Source: Mobula hypostoma
Lineage: Eukaryota
DNA: 64,000 nt
Reading direction: 5' to 3'
Assembly (NCBI RefSeq): GCF_963921235.1
Contig: NC_086108.1
Location: forward strand, 58,468,001-58,532,000
Shown here: positions 38,963-51,828 of the stretch, in pieces
Layout: every line of letters begins with the position of its first letter
How positions within the stretch are numbered: the first letter of the stretch is position 1
The notes under the pieces: generated by a model
Told to the model about the DNA's origin: nothing
What the model saw: only the letters and a program-made list of their open reading frames with translations
The model's database searches: none
Program-made: the position numbers and the translations under genes

Positions 38963-39924
38963 CACTGGTTCTCAGCTTTGTTCTGCTCATGGCCCACTTG
39001 TAACTTCCATTTACCTCTGTGGCCCCCACCCTCCGCAGTCTTTGTTGCTAAAGGCTTTTTGGTCAACTGCTCTAAGTATTCTAATATTTATGATTTAATG
39101 GGTGATAGGTGTTATATGTTAAATATAATGTTACAGGTGTGTATGAAAAATAAAACTTTCAAAGCTCTGAATAGGGTACTTGGTTTGTAATATTTATAAA
39201 ATATTCTTCCAACCAGCAATGGGAAAAACACTTCATATAATGTCTTTGGGTGCTTAGTAAATTCTTGTGACTGATGCAAACTAGCGAGTTTTTGAATATC
39301 TGGTTGCAACTTTGTTAAAGATGATCGAAGATCACCTCTTTTCACAACATCTAGAGGGTTATGAGGGGGGAGGGGTGGGTGTTCTTGCCTCTGCAGTTTC
39401 ACTGTTTCTGTTTGATTTCCACGCCCCCCCCCCCCCGGCAGTAACTGCAGCCTTCATGTCACGATTTGCAAGTATTATAACATACGCGGGCGGGTCATTG
39501 CATGTTCAAACAGAATCAGCTTCCTGCTGCATAGTCGCTGACTGGCCTTATTGTAGACAGCCGCACCCGATCTGCAGTTTGTGGTTTGGGGTGGATGTGG
39601 AGCAGGGTGCAAACGGTGATTTGTGCATGATTAAACAGGAGTGGAGATAACGATTGACTTGCTGCGCACAGACAGATAGAAAGACACACTCACTCACACA
39701 TACACAGACTGAGCTGTTTTGTTGCCTCTTTTACATCATTTAGCATATTTTCCATCCATTTAATTCAGGGTTCCAATCAAATGACATATTTATTTATTTA
39801 TTTTATTCCTTCCTTCCTTATTTATTCAGAAACACCTGTGAACCCAGTTTTTTTTCCACTTGTGGCCTCTTTGAAAACAAGCGTGAGGCCCTGGGGTTCA
39901 TATGGCCCATGTTGAGAAGCACTG
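38963..39924 (-). mobile_element. Non-autonomous hAT Charlie/Buster derivative
   Basis: Ends CACTGGTTCTCAGC and GTTGAGAAGCACTG; imperfect 8-bp TSD ACCTGGTG/GCCTAGTG; carries transposase C-terminus LDVVKRGDLRSSLTKLQPDIQKLA. Confidence 0.75.
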
Positions 39925-41274
39925 GCCTAGTGTATAGGATGTATTCCCAGAACATGAATTCTAACAGAACAGGGACCAAAAGAGCTCATTATAGCATTGC
40001 ATAGAGAAGTGTTATTGACTATGCTTTTGTACTAGGAACCTGCCCTGCCTGTAGCTGTGCCAAGGAAGTGCAACAAAACTCTGCACTCCTTACTGCTGTG
40101 CTGGAAACATCGGCAGGAACCTTGTTGTGAGCCTTTGCCTCCCTTCTGCTGTGTGCTGCTCTTGCAGGAGGCTGGCTCAAATTTACTAATCTTTCTCTAG
40201 CCTGGTGTATAGGGGCTGCTAGTGAAAGCTGGAGACATTGGGTTGGGTAAGTGGCATGACAACTTGACATAGAGCTAGGGCCAATGTCCAGCATGGTGAG
40301 TGTGGACCATTGGTGGAAACTGGAAGTAGCTGCTCCTTGTCCTGATAGATCACCAAAATCCCAAACTCTCTCTCATAACCTCCATTTGGAAGTACCGCGT
40401 CCCCTTCTCTTTAGCTGACTGTGCACCGCTTTCCAGCATTCAAACAGGTAATCAGATGGGGCAAGTGTCTTCAGCCCACACAAAAACAGCAGCACTCACT
40501 CAGCCCTCACAGGCAGCCTCTTTACTCTGACCCGTGGGGCAGTTTTATTGCTAGTTAAATACTGCTGGAGGTTCCTGGCATGGCCTCTTACTGTTCAGCC
40601 CGGCAGGTCTTTGGCGGCTCCTAGAGCGATCACAGTCCCCCACTGATTTTCCCTGCAACCTGTCAGTTCACGTTCCCGGCATTTTCCTACCCCTCCTGGC
40701 TTACTCTATCACCTACTTGCACGTTAGGAGTCAGATAGTTGCCCAGTCTGCAAGAGTTTGTGATGTGGAAGGGAACGCACATGGTCACAGTGTGAACTCC
40801 ACCCAGAGCACAGGAGGTCAGAATTGAACTGGGGTTCCTTGAGCTGGGAGGTAGCAGATGCACCACCATGTTGCTCAAACAGATGTTTTCTTTTGAGTAC
40901 AGTGTTATGTACCTGTGAATGTTACCAAGAATACAATAACAGATCTACTCTGTGATAATAGTGTAAATTTGTAGGTGCTCCTCTTGCATATATTTTTAAA
41001 AAACCTTGCAGAGAGATAGAGGTAAATTACCCGTCACATTCAGAACCATGTCATGCAAGAGTCAGTTGCTGCAGAAGTGTTTATTTATTTTAAAAAAGCC
41101 TCAGAGGATAATGACTAGCAATGGTAGTGTTCACTGCGTTTAGTCTAAAACAGTTAGAACCTTTTGGTTTTGCTTTTGTTCCTATGTCAGAGGCTTATGT
41201 TGCTTCATTTGCAGAGGCTTTATTTTGTGGATCTGTTGTGCTGCTAAAGTGTCTGATTCTGGATTTCTCTACAG

Positions 41275-41356
41275 GGCTTTGAATATAGCCGCACTGGAAA
41301 TCCGACACGGAACTGCTTGGAGAAAGCTGTTGCAGCACTTGATGGAGCCAAGTACT
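41275..41356 (+). CDS. CTH: Cystathionine gamma-lyase, exon 2 (82 nt)
   Basis: ctacag|GFEYSRTGNPTRNCLEKAVAALDGAKY(C)|gtaagt. Confidence 0.97.
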
Positions 41357-41690
41357 GTAAGTCATAGTGTTGGTGTTTTCTTTATTTTTTAGCATTGCCT
41401 AGATGGCAGGATATTAATGCACTAAAAGGCTGTTCAACCTATTTGTAGTTAACAAGGCTGACATTGTTCTCTATTTTGGTTTTATCATTTCTAAAATAAC
41501 AGTATGCCCATACCACAATACCATGTTGGATGGCAACTCATTAAGCAAATTAATGCACATATCTGGCAGAAATATGCAGACTGTGGCAAAAGCTACAATG
41601 TTTTGATGTTCCACTCTTTAGTTGAAAGTTAGGCTGAAGGGGCTCCTCTTGTTCCAACATTTTCGAAGTCCTGCCTCTCCATGGGTCATA

Positions 41691-43213
41691 CAGTGGCATG
41701 CAAAAGTTTGGGCACCCCTGGTCAAAATTTCTGTTACTGTGAATAGTTAAGCGAGTAAAAGATTACCTGATTTCCAAAAGGCATAAAGTTAAAGATGACA
41801 CATTTCTTTAATATTTTAAGCAAGATTACTTTTTTATTTCCATCTTTTACAGTTTCAAAATAACAAAAAAGGAAAAGGGCCCGAAGCAAAAGTTTGGGCA
41901 CCATACATGGTCAGTACTTAGTAACACCCCCTTTGGCAAGTATCACAGCTTGTAATCGCTTTCTGTAGCCAGCTAAGAGTCTTTCAATTCTTGTTTGGAG
42001 GATTTTCACCCATTCTTCCATGCAAAAGGATTCTAGTTCTGTGAGATTCTTGGGCCGTCTTGCATACACTGCTCTTTTGAGCTCTATCCACAGATTTTCG
42101 ATGATGTTTAGGTCGGGGGGACCAAAACTTTCAGTTTGTGCCTCTTGAGGCAGGCCATTTTTTTACAGACGGTGTGATGTTTGCTTCCAGAATTTGCTGG
42201 TATTGAACTGAATTCATTCTTCCCTCTACCACTGAAATGTTCCCTGTGCCACTGGCTGCAACACAAGCCCAAAGCATGATCGGTCCACCCCCGTGCTTAA
42301 CAGTTGGAGAGGTGTTCTTTTTATGAAATTCTGTACCCTTTTTCTCCAAACATACCTTTGCTCATTGCGGCCAAAAAGTTCTATTTTAACGACTTCAGTC
42401 CACGGCGCTTGTTTCCAAAATGCATCGGGCTTGTTTAGATGTTCCTTTGCAAACTTCTGACGCTGAATTTTGTGGTGAGGACGCAGGAGAGGTTTTCTTC
42501 TGATGACTCTTCCATGAAGGTCATATTTGTGCAGGTGTTGCTGCACAGTAGAACAGTGCACCACCACCCCACAGTCTGCTAAATCGTCCTGAAGGTCTTT
42601 TGCAGTCAAACTGGGGTTTTGATTTGCTTTTCTAGCAATCCTACGAGCAGTTCTCTCAGGAAGTTTTCTTGGTCTTCCAGGCCTCAACTTGACCTCCACC
42701 GTTCCTGTTAACTGCTGTTTATAATTACATTACGAACTGAGGAAACGGCTACCTGAAAACGCTTTGCTGTCTTCTTATAGCCTTCTCCTGCTTTGTGGGC
42801 ATCATTTATTTTAATTTTCAGAGTGCTAGGCAGCTGTTTAGAGGAGCGCATGGCTGCTGATTGTTTGAGGAGTCAGGGTATTTATGAAGCTTTGAAATTC
42901 CCATCACCTGGCCTTTCCTAACAATGACTGTGAACAAGCCATAGCCCTAACAAGCTAATTAAGGTCTGAGACCTTAGTAAAAGTTACCTGAGAGCTCAAA
43001 TCTCTTGGGGTGCCCAAACTTTTGCTTGGTGCTTCCTTCCTTTTTTTCACTCTAAAATTGTACAAAAAAAAACACTAATCTTGCTTAAAATGTTGAAAAG
43101 AATGTTTCGTCTTTAACTTTATGACTTTTGGAGATCAGTTCATCTTCTACTCACTTAACTATTAACAGTAACAGAAATTTTGACCGGGGTGCCCAAACTT
43201 TTGCATGCCACTG
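41691..43213 (-). mobile_element. Tc1-family DNA transposon, IR/DR type, internally deleted
   Basis: TA-flanked; TIR CAGTGGCATGCAAAAGTTTGGGCACCCC at both ends with inner direct repeats; GRPRK, RKPLL, PTVKHGGG..MLW.C motifs. Confidence 0.95.
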
Positions 43214-44133
43214 TACAGCAGTTTTCTAGTAATTTTCCCACTTCATTTTCTCTAGAACCACATTTCACAATATCCTGTTTTTAATTAACTTTGGATGTTG
43301 GAGGCCCTCTCTGGACTCAGTATGCATTTCCACAGTTTGTTGTTTCCTTCATAACCAATCTTGCACGGCCATTGTGGAATTTCTGCAGCATTGTTATAGC
43401 CACCATCTGATTCAAGCTATAGTTGGCCTTTCAGAGAAAAGGATACAAACTTTTCCAGCTCTAAGTAAATTAATTCCTATTAAACCTCAAAATAAGACTA
43501 ATGTCCATTGGTAAATTTAATCTTAGAAATGTACCAGTATATCTTGATCTATTTTGTCTTTGATCTTTTACCATTTCTGAACTTAAAAAAAAATTCTTGG
43601 ACTGGCAGTTTTAAACTCCATTCTCTTGCGAATAAAAGAGCTGTCAGTGGAGTTAATCAAGTTTATGGTTCCTTCTTTCCTGACAAAACCAGCCATGCAG
43701 GAAGAGCCAGTTCAAAGTACGATGTGTCTCAGACTTGCTATAGCTGGATGTTGAGCTAGCTCTGAATAACTGTCCGTAGATTGCAGAGGTTAAACAGAAC
43801 ACATTCTTGGTTTGTATAGTTTTTGGGCTTACAGAGCGTTGCAGTAATATTTTACAAAAAGGTAAATGGATACAGCACTCGGGGAAAGAAACTGCACATT
43901 TTATGCATTCCATTGAAAGAAAAGAACTGCATGTCTTTGCTTTGAAATGTTACCCAGACATCCCACTTCTCCCGGAGGTTCCGGGAGTCTCCCGCATATT
44001 GATAGCAGCTCCCTGACGCCTGCAAAATTATATACAATAACCCGGAAATCGATTTTTGAGGTGGGGAGGGGTGGAGCGGGGGAGGGAGAGAGGGAGGGAG
44101 AGAGAGAGAGAGAAAAGAAAAAAATCAAAATGC

Positions 44134-44255
44134 AAACAACAGGAATTCTGCAGATGCCGGAAATTCAAGCAACACACATCAACGTTGCTGGTGAACACAG
44201 CAGGCCAGGCAGCATCTCTAGGAAGAGGCGCAGTCGACGTTTCAGGCCGAGACCT
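44134..44255 (-). mobile_element. Penelope terminal fragment inside the hAT; hammerhead truncated before CTGACGA
   Basis: Near-identical to ~52945-53065. Confidence 0.85.
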
Positions 44256-46402
44256 TTGTGCTAAGTAGACCTATCAGTTTTCTCTGTGGGCGGGCTTTAC
44301 AGTCGACCTCTCTCTCTCTCGCTTTCATTGTCTACCAGTTCAGTTTAGTGTCCTGCAGCGCCATGGCAGAGTGTTCCAAAAAAAGAAAATATAAAACGTA
44401 CTTCACCCCAGACTATACTAAATTGTACCCCTGCCTAATAGGGGTCAAAAATAATGACAGTGTTGCTCGCTGCACTGTTTGCAACAGTGACTTTTCCATT
44501 TCCCATGGTGGGTTAAATGACTCTAAAAGACATGTTGAGGTGAGTTTAATAGGTGTCATTCATTCATTAACATATCTAAAAAGCTCCCTGTAGACTTAAA
44601 GTTCTAATAGAATAAAAAAGACTTCATGATAATATAATATAATATAATGTAAGTACATATTTTAATGTCACATTTTCTGCATAAGACAATAGAATAAGGA
44701 TACACCTTATGCTTTTAGGGATCACAACATATTAGGGAGGTTAAGTGCAGGGAAGGCTGCTCAAGTATTTCACAGTTCTTTTCAGCAGAAAACCAAAGTC
44801 TGACAGAGAAGGTTACTAGAGGTGTACTTTACATCTTTCATCGTTCAGCATAACCTGCCATTCCAGGTGTGTAAACGCCCAGGCAAGTTATTCAGGAAAA
44901 TGCTTCCTGATTTAGAAATAGCAAAAAACTGTGCCTGCTCATTAACCAAGACAGCAGCTATTGTGAACATGGCACTGGAACCTGAATGTTCAGAGGATCT
45001 GTACAAGTTCATCCAGAAAGAAAAAAGGTCATACAGTATTTTGGTTGACAAAAGCAACGATGATATGTGTGAGAAGGAATCTGCCATTTTAGCCAGGTAC
45101 TATAATGAAACACAGGATAAGGTAACAGTTGGATTTGTAGACATGCCAGTGTGCAATGATGCCAAAGCTGAAAACATTCGACTGCATTGCATCATCCATG
45201 CATGACAAAGGCCTTGAATGGTCTAATAGTGTAGGATTTAGCAGTGGCAACTGCAATGTGATGATTATCAAAAACAACTCTGTCTTATCAAGAGTGAAAG
45301 GACAGGCCCCTCATATTTACAGCGTTGGCTGTCCAAGTCACCTGGTCAACATTTGTGCCAAAACTGCTGCTAAGGAGCTCTCAGTGTCACCTGAAGAACT
45401 GCTCATTGACATCTACTACTACTTTGAGAAAAGTTCCAAATGAACCTAAAACAGTTTCAAGAGTTCTGCGATGTTGCCCAGTAGAGAGTACAAAAACATT
45501 GTCCTGCACGCTGGCTTTCTTTAGGAAAAGGTTTGGACCATCTGCTCCACCAGTCTTTATTTCATATTTTGAGTCAAAGAGTGAGAATCAGAAGTCATCT
45601 CATATTCAGAAGAGGCTGAAAGACCCCCAAATGAAAATATACACATGCTTTCTCCATAATGTCACACAATGTTTTGACAAATTCAATTTGATTTTTCAAA
45701 ACAAGGCACCTATCCTCTTCAAGTTGGATCAGAGTGTAGAAGAGCTCCTGCATGACATAGCAAGCAGATTTATTGAGCCAAAGGTATTGAGAGAACAGAA
45801 CATTCAGGAGATAGATGTGAGCAACCCTGAAATTCACCGCCCAGATGAAGAGCTTTTTACTGGGTACCTGGCAAGGAGGTAGTTGCTAAGCGAGGAAGCA
45901 CGAAAGATTCCCCCCCCCCCCGCCCCATATAAGACAAAGCAGTTCTTCAAAGATGCCAGAGCGTTCTATGTCAGGTGCTTTCAAAAAATCTTGGAGAAGT
46001 TGCCAATGAGAGACCAAATCTTGAAAAATACAGAGAGCCAAGATGAGGTGAATCCAGACCAGATTTTGATTTTGACTTTGGCAGAGAGATTTCCAAATGT
46101 GATCAAGGCAGATGCAAGAGAACAGCTCCACTTGGAAGTCCTGGATTATGTCTCAACTAACCTTGAAGGACTGGTGCCAAGCTACAAAAGTTAGCCAGTT
46201 GATGAGTTCTGGGGGAAGCTGTCTACAGTAAAACCTGTGAGCACAGGGCAGTTGAGATTTAAAGAGCTCTGCCAGTTGATGAAGCTGCTTTTGGTGCTGC
46301 CAAATTCTAATTGTGATGTAGAAAGGGCATTCAGCATGGTGCGTCACATTAAGACAGAATTCAGAAGTCAGCTGTCTCACAAAACACTTGTGAATCTGAC
46401 GT

Positions 46403-47550
46403 TGTCATGGTCCGGATCGGGGTCCCTTTAAATTTACCTTGTTTACATTATGATCCGGACCATTGACTCCCTGTTTCCCTTTGGTTCCCTGTTTTCCCGT
46501 GTCCCTCGGCTTTGGTGATTGGAGGCAATTTACTCTCAACTGAACTGGTAGTTTATAGTCTCCGGCTTTCAGCTGTTCGGTGCGAGAGCATCTGCAAAGC
46601 CATCAAAGGTACGGTGTGCCGATGTCATCTGGCCGGAGCAAGCCTTGTCTCCGCCCGAAGCGAGTGCCGGTAATTCTCCTTTCCTCACCGGAGCAACCCT
46701 GTCCAGTTACCTCGCCAAAGCGAGCCTGCAAAGTTTCCACACCGAGGTGGGTCCGTCAGTTAACCCACCAGAGGGAATCAAGAACCGCTGTCTACTGTTC
46801 CCGGGCCGAGTTGAGAGCTCGCCACTACCCGGAGGCTCCAAGTCAAGTCCTGGCCCCGGCAGCTTCCAAGTTCCGAGTCGAGTCCCGGCCCTGGCGGTCT
46901 GTGATTCCTGTCCTACCCATGCACCCCCCCCCGTCTGAATCCCTTCTCTGCCCCTCTCGCCTCTAGCCCTCGTCTGCAGCCCTCGCCTGCACTTCGGTCT
47001 GGTTCTATCGCTGGAGCTAGATAGGTACTGTCTGGTGTTCTTTCATGTTGGTCTTGTCTTGTCCTCGCCTCCATGGGGGTAAGTCTGGCCGTCTTGCCGT
47101 TGCCCCGTGGGGGGTCATGTTTCCCGGCCCTATGTCCTGTACCCAAGGAGGGGTCCCGACTCTGTGTTCTGTGTATGTGTCCATGGTTCCATGTACCTGC
47201 TCCCCGAGACTGAGGCTCTGTGTTCCCATGTTCCTCCTCTCCCTAGCCCATGTCATGTCCTTGCCTGGTTCTGGGGTCCGAGCCCGAGGCAAGACCCAGG
47301 TACTGGGTCCTTGCCCAGTCTCTGGCTCGAAGTCCATACCCTAGCCTCTTCATGTCTCCACTAGTTCTGGGATCCAATTCTGAGTCCTAGCCCAGACCCC
47401 TAGTCCCAGCCTAGTCGTAGTCCTGAGTCCTTGTCCAATTCGCTACTCCTGCTCCTGCCTTGCTCTCCTGGTATCGAACAATAAACTAAATCTAAGTAAT
47501 CTCACAAGATGTGTCTTGCATTTGGGTCCACCCTTGCTCCCATTGTGACA
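46403..47550 (+). mobile_element. Solo LTR (~1.15 kb) inserted into the hAT transposase
   Basis: TGTCA...TGACA termini; 5-bp TSD GACGT/GATGT (46398-46402, 47551-47555); AATAAA at 47480-47485; the transposase resumes as KTLVNL|MSCKIN. Confidence 0.85.
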
Positions 47551-47997
47551 GATGTCTTGCAAAATTAACAAATTCATTGACACAGACTGCTATGAGGTTG
47601 AGACTTCCAGCAAAATGCTCAAATCTTCCAAGCAAGCCACATCACATTACAAGGAAAGTTTGCAAAAGAAATAGAAAAAGCTATTTGCATTAGCATTGAG
47701 ACTGCCAACAAAATACTCAACAAGGAATATATATACGTAAATATTTTCAATATGTGATCAAATAAATTGTTGTGTTCTTTCATAATCAAATGTCCTGTAT
47801 ACATGCACCCTTGAAGTTGACCAGGGTGGGGGGAGGTGATATGGGGTTGCCGGGGGGTGGGGGAGGGTGCGTAGGTGGTGGTGCTACCTCCCTGAAGTGA
47901 GTTTTTGCAGGGTGGGATGTCTGGTTAACTCTGTTTCTTTTCCAGCAGGAGTGCCCTGACTTCCTGAATATTTGCAGAAAATTTTTCTTCTATATTA

Positions 47998-48064
47998 TAG
48001 TACTGTGCAAAAGTCTTGGACACATGTATATGGTTAGGGTGCCTAAGACTTTTGCGCAGTACTG
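47998..48064. mobile_element. Tiny Tc1-like MITE (palindrome), followed by ~400 bp of probable repeat-derived DNA
   Basis: AGTACTGTGCAAAAGTCTT ... AAGACTTTTGCGCAGTACT, TA-flanked. Confidence 0.7.
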
Positions 48065-48523
48065 TATTTGTCAACGTGGATCAGAGAGCGACTTTGCAAA
48101 TCTGGCAGGAGCAGAGGATGTTGGGATTGACGAGAGTGGAGCACTGTGGGAGGGGTGTGGGACAGGTGACAGAGTATGAGAGACAGGTGGTGCGGGTGCA
48201 GACACACCCATCCCTGAGACCTCAGGCAAGGTAATTTGATTACAAACAATTTGTTTATTATTCGTTACAGAATATCTCTCTGTTGTTTCCAGCGCTCTCC
48301 CCTCTCTCTCCCCCTTTCACAACCATGATTTCCCCTCTCCCTGCCCTCTTCACACTCTCAGTTCTCAATAGAGGCCCATGTTAGGATCAGGTTTATCAGC
48401 ACTCACACATGCCAGGAAATTTGTTGTTTTTTTTTGGCAGCAGTTTTCTTTTGCACAGTACGGTATATATTCCATTTTATTTGGCACAGTAATGTTTGGG
48501 CCTTTCTTTCTCTCTGATTGCAG

Positions 48524-48619
48524 GCTTGGCATTTGCATCTGGTCTGGCAACTGCGATGACAATTACGCACTTACTGAAGTCTGGTGATAGCATTATTTGC
48601 ATGAATGATGTATACGGAG
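48524..48619 (+). CDS. CTH: Cystathionine gamma-lyase, exon 3 (96 nt)
   Basis: ttgcag|(C)LAFASGLATAMTITHLLKSGDSIICMNDVYG(G)|gtatgc. Confidence 0.97.
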
Positions 48620-49740
48620 GTATGCTTTGAATTTCATTTTCATTTATAAGAACATAATAATGTTTTATAAAGACCTGTTTAAACTACTTACATGTCAGAA
48701 TTTGGTTAACAAGCAGCTAAAATGCTTGCCGGCTTTCCAACTGAGATACCAAGAGAGTCTGTCAAGAATGTTTGTCCATGAATGTTGCTGATGTGTTTAT
48801 GAATAAATATACAGATCAGATCTGACCCTGAGTCCTGAAGAAGGGTCTTGGCTCAAAACATCGTCAGTTTAATTATTTACATAGGTGCTGCCTGATCCAC
48901 TGAGTTCCTCCAGCATTTTAGGATTAGGACCCTACTGTCTTTTTTTAATGGAAAGAGCAGATATGCTTATTTGTTGAGTATATACAAACTCCTTTACAGA
49001 CAGAGGGTGGATTTGGACCTGGTTACCTGTGCTGTAAAGTGTTGTGCTGATGACTATGTTACCATACCATCCTTTTCTGCCAAGTTGAGGCAAACCGAAC
49101 ACCCCTCCAGTTACTTGGTTGCTTTTTGGGAACCAGAGGGAAAACAGAAACCCCGGATACTGCATGAAGCCTTTATTGCACATGTGCACACAATTTCCGA
49201 TTTACCTCTGTCTCGTTTAAATCCTTTTGACTGCCTTAGTAGGGAAATTGTCCAAATGCATGTTTGGACAGGGTTGGCTGATTAGGTATGTTTTGTCAGT
49301 TGAACTGGTTACTCAGTGAGTGGTGGTCTTTGTATTTCTCAAACAGGGACTATTTTGGCATTAAAACCTTCAATGTGAGCGCTACCATTATTATAAAGCA
49401 GATACATTTACGATACCATGTTGTGTCTTTTCATACACATATATGCACAGCTGCATGGGTGCTTCGAGCAGTGCTTCCTACACTCATTATTGGAGTCCTC
49501 TTCTCTCTATCCCTTCACTTGAAGTTTAGTAGACATTTGGAGCACAAAAGACTGCATGGCTTAAAATATTATGGTATCTGGGGACGTAGGATATGGCCTT
49601 TTGTTGTTATCCTTATGGTGTTTGAGAAATCGTGATCTGTATTGCCTTTAGTGTAAGGAGAGTATATAAGATCTTGCTCTAACAACAAAACATAGTATTA
49701 TACAATATGTTTTTAAGATCTGGTTAATCTTGTATTTTAG

Positions 49741-49850
49741 GAACTAACAGGTACTTCAGCAAAATTGTTTCAGAAATGGGTTTGGAAACATCTCTCGTTG
49801 ACTGCACATCATTGAAGTGCCTGAAGGAAGCAATTAAACCAAACACCAAG
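49741..49850 (+). CDS. CTH: Cystathionine gamma-lyase, exon 4 (110 nt)
   Basis: ttttag|(G)TNRYFSKIVSEMGLETSLVDCTSLKCLKEAIKPNTK|gtagat. Confidence 0.96.
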
Positions 49851-50452
49851 GTAGATGAACTTTGTGCAAGATTTTAAAAAAGCACTTGTAGACTTTTTAT
49901 CTGGTTCTTTCCATCTTGATTATTTTGTATAGCCATCGTGGTCAATTATTGTAACAGCAATCAGTTCACTTACCTTGTGCAATTTTCTTTGCGATAACTA
50001 CAATGTGGAATGGTGCAATATCTTTAAAATAAGATTAATTCACAACTAGGAAAGATCGTCAGCGATTTTCCAAGATTAAAATTGATGCTTGAAATGTCAT
50101 TTTGAAGGTGTGGATTGGCAGGTTGCCTGCTGGGATGACCTTTACAATCCTATACAAATCAAGGGACAGTTGAATAGAATTGGTTTGTAAACAAAAGTAG
50201 GGTGGCGTATTTTATTTTCCAGAAATACAAAACTGAGTTTCACTGAAAAATTAAATTTGTTCTTTCCTGTAGTTTCAGGAAGAATATAATGAGGGAGACA
50301 TAAGTTTTGACATTTCCTAGGAGGAATGTGTTTGATTGGATTGGTCTGTTTCTGGAAAATAGAAGAAATGAAAATAGACAAAATATACAAAAACCGAAAA
50401 CTGTCAGGTCAACAGAAAAGATCATTGGCTACAGCCTACCAGCTCTGCGGTG

Positions 50453-51828
50453 CAGGTTTCCCCTGTTTCCCCAGAAGGTACAGCGTTCCTATGAAATGGT
50501 TCGTAAACTGGAATGTCGTAAAGTGAAGAAGCAATTACCATTTATTAATATGGGAAAAAATTTTGAGCGTTCCCAGACCCAAAAATAACCTACAAAATCG
50601 TGCTAAATAACGCATAAAACCTAAAATAACAGTAACATATAGGAAGAGCAGGAGTGATATGATAAGCACACAGCCTATATAAAATAGAAATACTTTTCTG
50701 CAGCACTGTCTAGCGCAGCGAAAATCTCACGGAAGCGCTTGGCAAAAACACAGCGCAAGCGCTCTCAGCAGAAACACGCTCTCCAGTAACCTTTAAGCTA
50801 TGAAGCTGCCAAATCATACCAAATAATATAAAAGTACACAGTCTATATAAAGTAGAAATAATATATGTACAGTGTAGTTTCACTTACCGGAATCAGGAAG
50901 ACTCTAATAAATTGCAGTTTCGTCACAGTTAAACACTTATACGAATAACCACCTAACACAATTGGCAATCGCCTCTGATCTGGGCCGACATTTACGTGCC
51001 AGGCGGCACCTAAATAATTAGCTTGATTATTTCGGCTTTTTTCTTAAAGATGTGCTGGGTGTGTTCCGACTACTGCTGCACCACTGCATTCATCACGGCA
51101 ATGTATCGGTCCGCGGCCCGGAGATGGTGACAACTGCTTAAATTATGAAGCTGCCCTCGCCTCAGAAACCGATCAAACCACCCATGACTACCTTTAAGTT
51201 CCACTTTCACAACACTTTCATCACCATCGTCCAGTGCTTTCTGTTTCAGCTTATTAAAAAGACTGACTGATTTCTCCTTGTATAAGGAAACTTAACGGAA
51301 CACCACGCTTTGTACACCCATCAATCCACTCAAGCAATAGACTTTCCATTTTATCCATTATTGGATGCCGACTAAGAGAGACCACTTTGCTACGAGCAGA
51401 ACCATCAGTAATATCGGCAGCTTTCAAAATTCTTTCTCTCTGCGTATAAATAGTGCGAATGGTGGACGCAGGCAAGTTCAACGCGCAGTGTCCTTACTTT
51501 GTTCACCACAATCAAAACGCTTAATTATGTCTAGTTTTACGCTAAGTGTAACACCCTTACGAGCTTTTTTAGACTTTTCCGATACCTTAGAACTCATCTT
51601 GCTAACGGATACACAAAATAAATCGAGATAAAGCACGTGTTTAAGCAATGCCAGCTAGAATGCAGTTCCAGGGGAGGAGCTTGGCTGTTCGGGCGTGCGC
51701 TATCTTTTTTCACACGCTGCCTTTTTTCGTAACAGTGAAAACACCTTCTGTTAGTGAAAACAGGTAACTAATGTAGGTCTTTAATAACAGTGAGGTTTCT
51801 GCAACGTTCGGAAAACGGGGGCGACCTG
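50453..51828 (-). mobile_element. Tigger/pogo-type DNA transposon, internally deleted
   Basis: Imperfect TIRs CAGGTTTCCCCTGTTT / AAAACGGGGGCGACCTG-TA; ATG at 51597(-): MSSKVSEKSKKARKGVTLSVKLDIIKR...LPASTIRTI...MESLLLEWI (CENP-B-type HTH). Confidence 0.85.

Larger units (their letters stand above)
43955..47923 (+). mobile_element. hAT DNA transposon with spliced, disabled transposase (ATG 44363; intron 44540-44718; stop 47672-47674)
   Basis: TIR CAGACATCCCAC / GTGGGATGTCTG; BED finger CTVC...RHVE|GSQH; ILVDKSND; GCPSHLVN; LPNSNCDVERAFS dimerization motif. Confidence 0.9.

Noticed and set aside
44232..44256. Hammerhead in the Penelope fragment inside the hAT
   Set aside because: Truncated before the CTGACGA core.
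46580..47364. Cluster of overlapping Pro/Ser-rich ORFs
   Set aside because: By-product of the GC-rich solo LTR; no recognisable domains.
48831..48868. Another sense-strand hammerhead in intron 3
   Set aside because: CTGAAGA is present but GAAA has become AAAA and stem I is lost; a decayed Penelope terminus.
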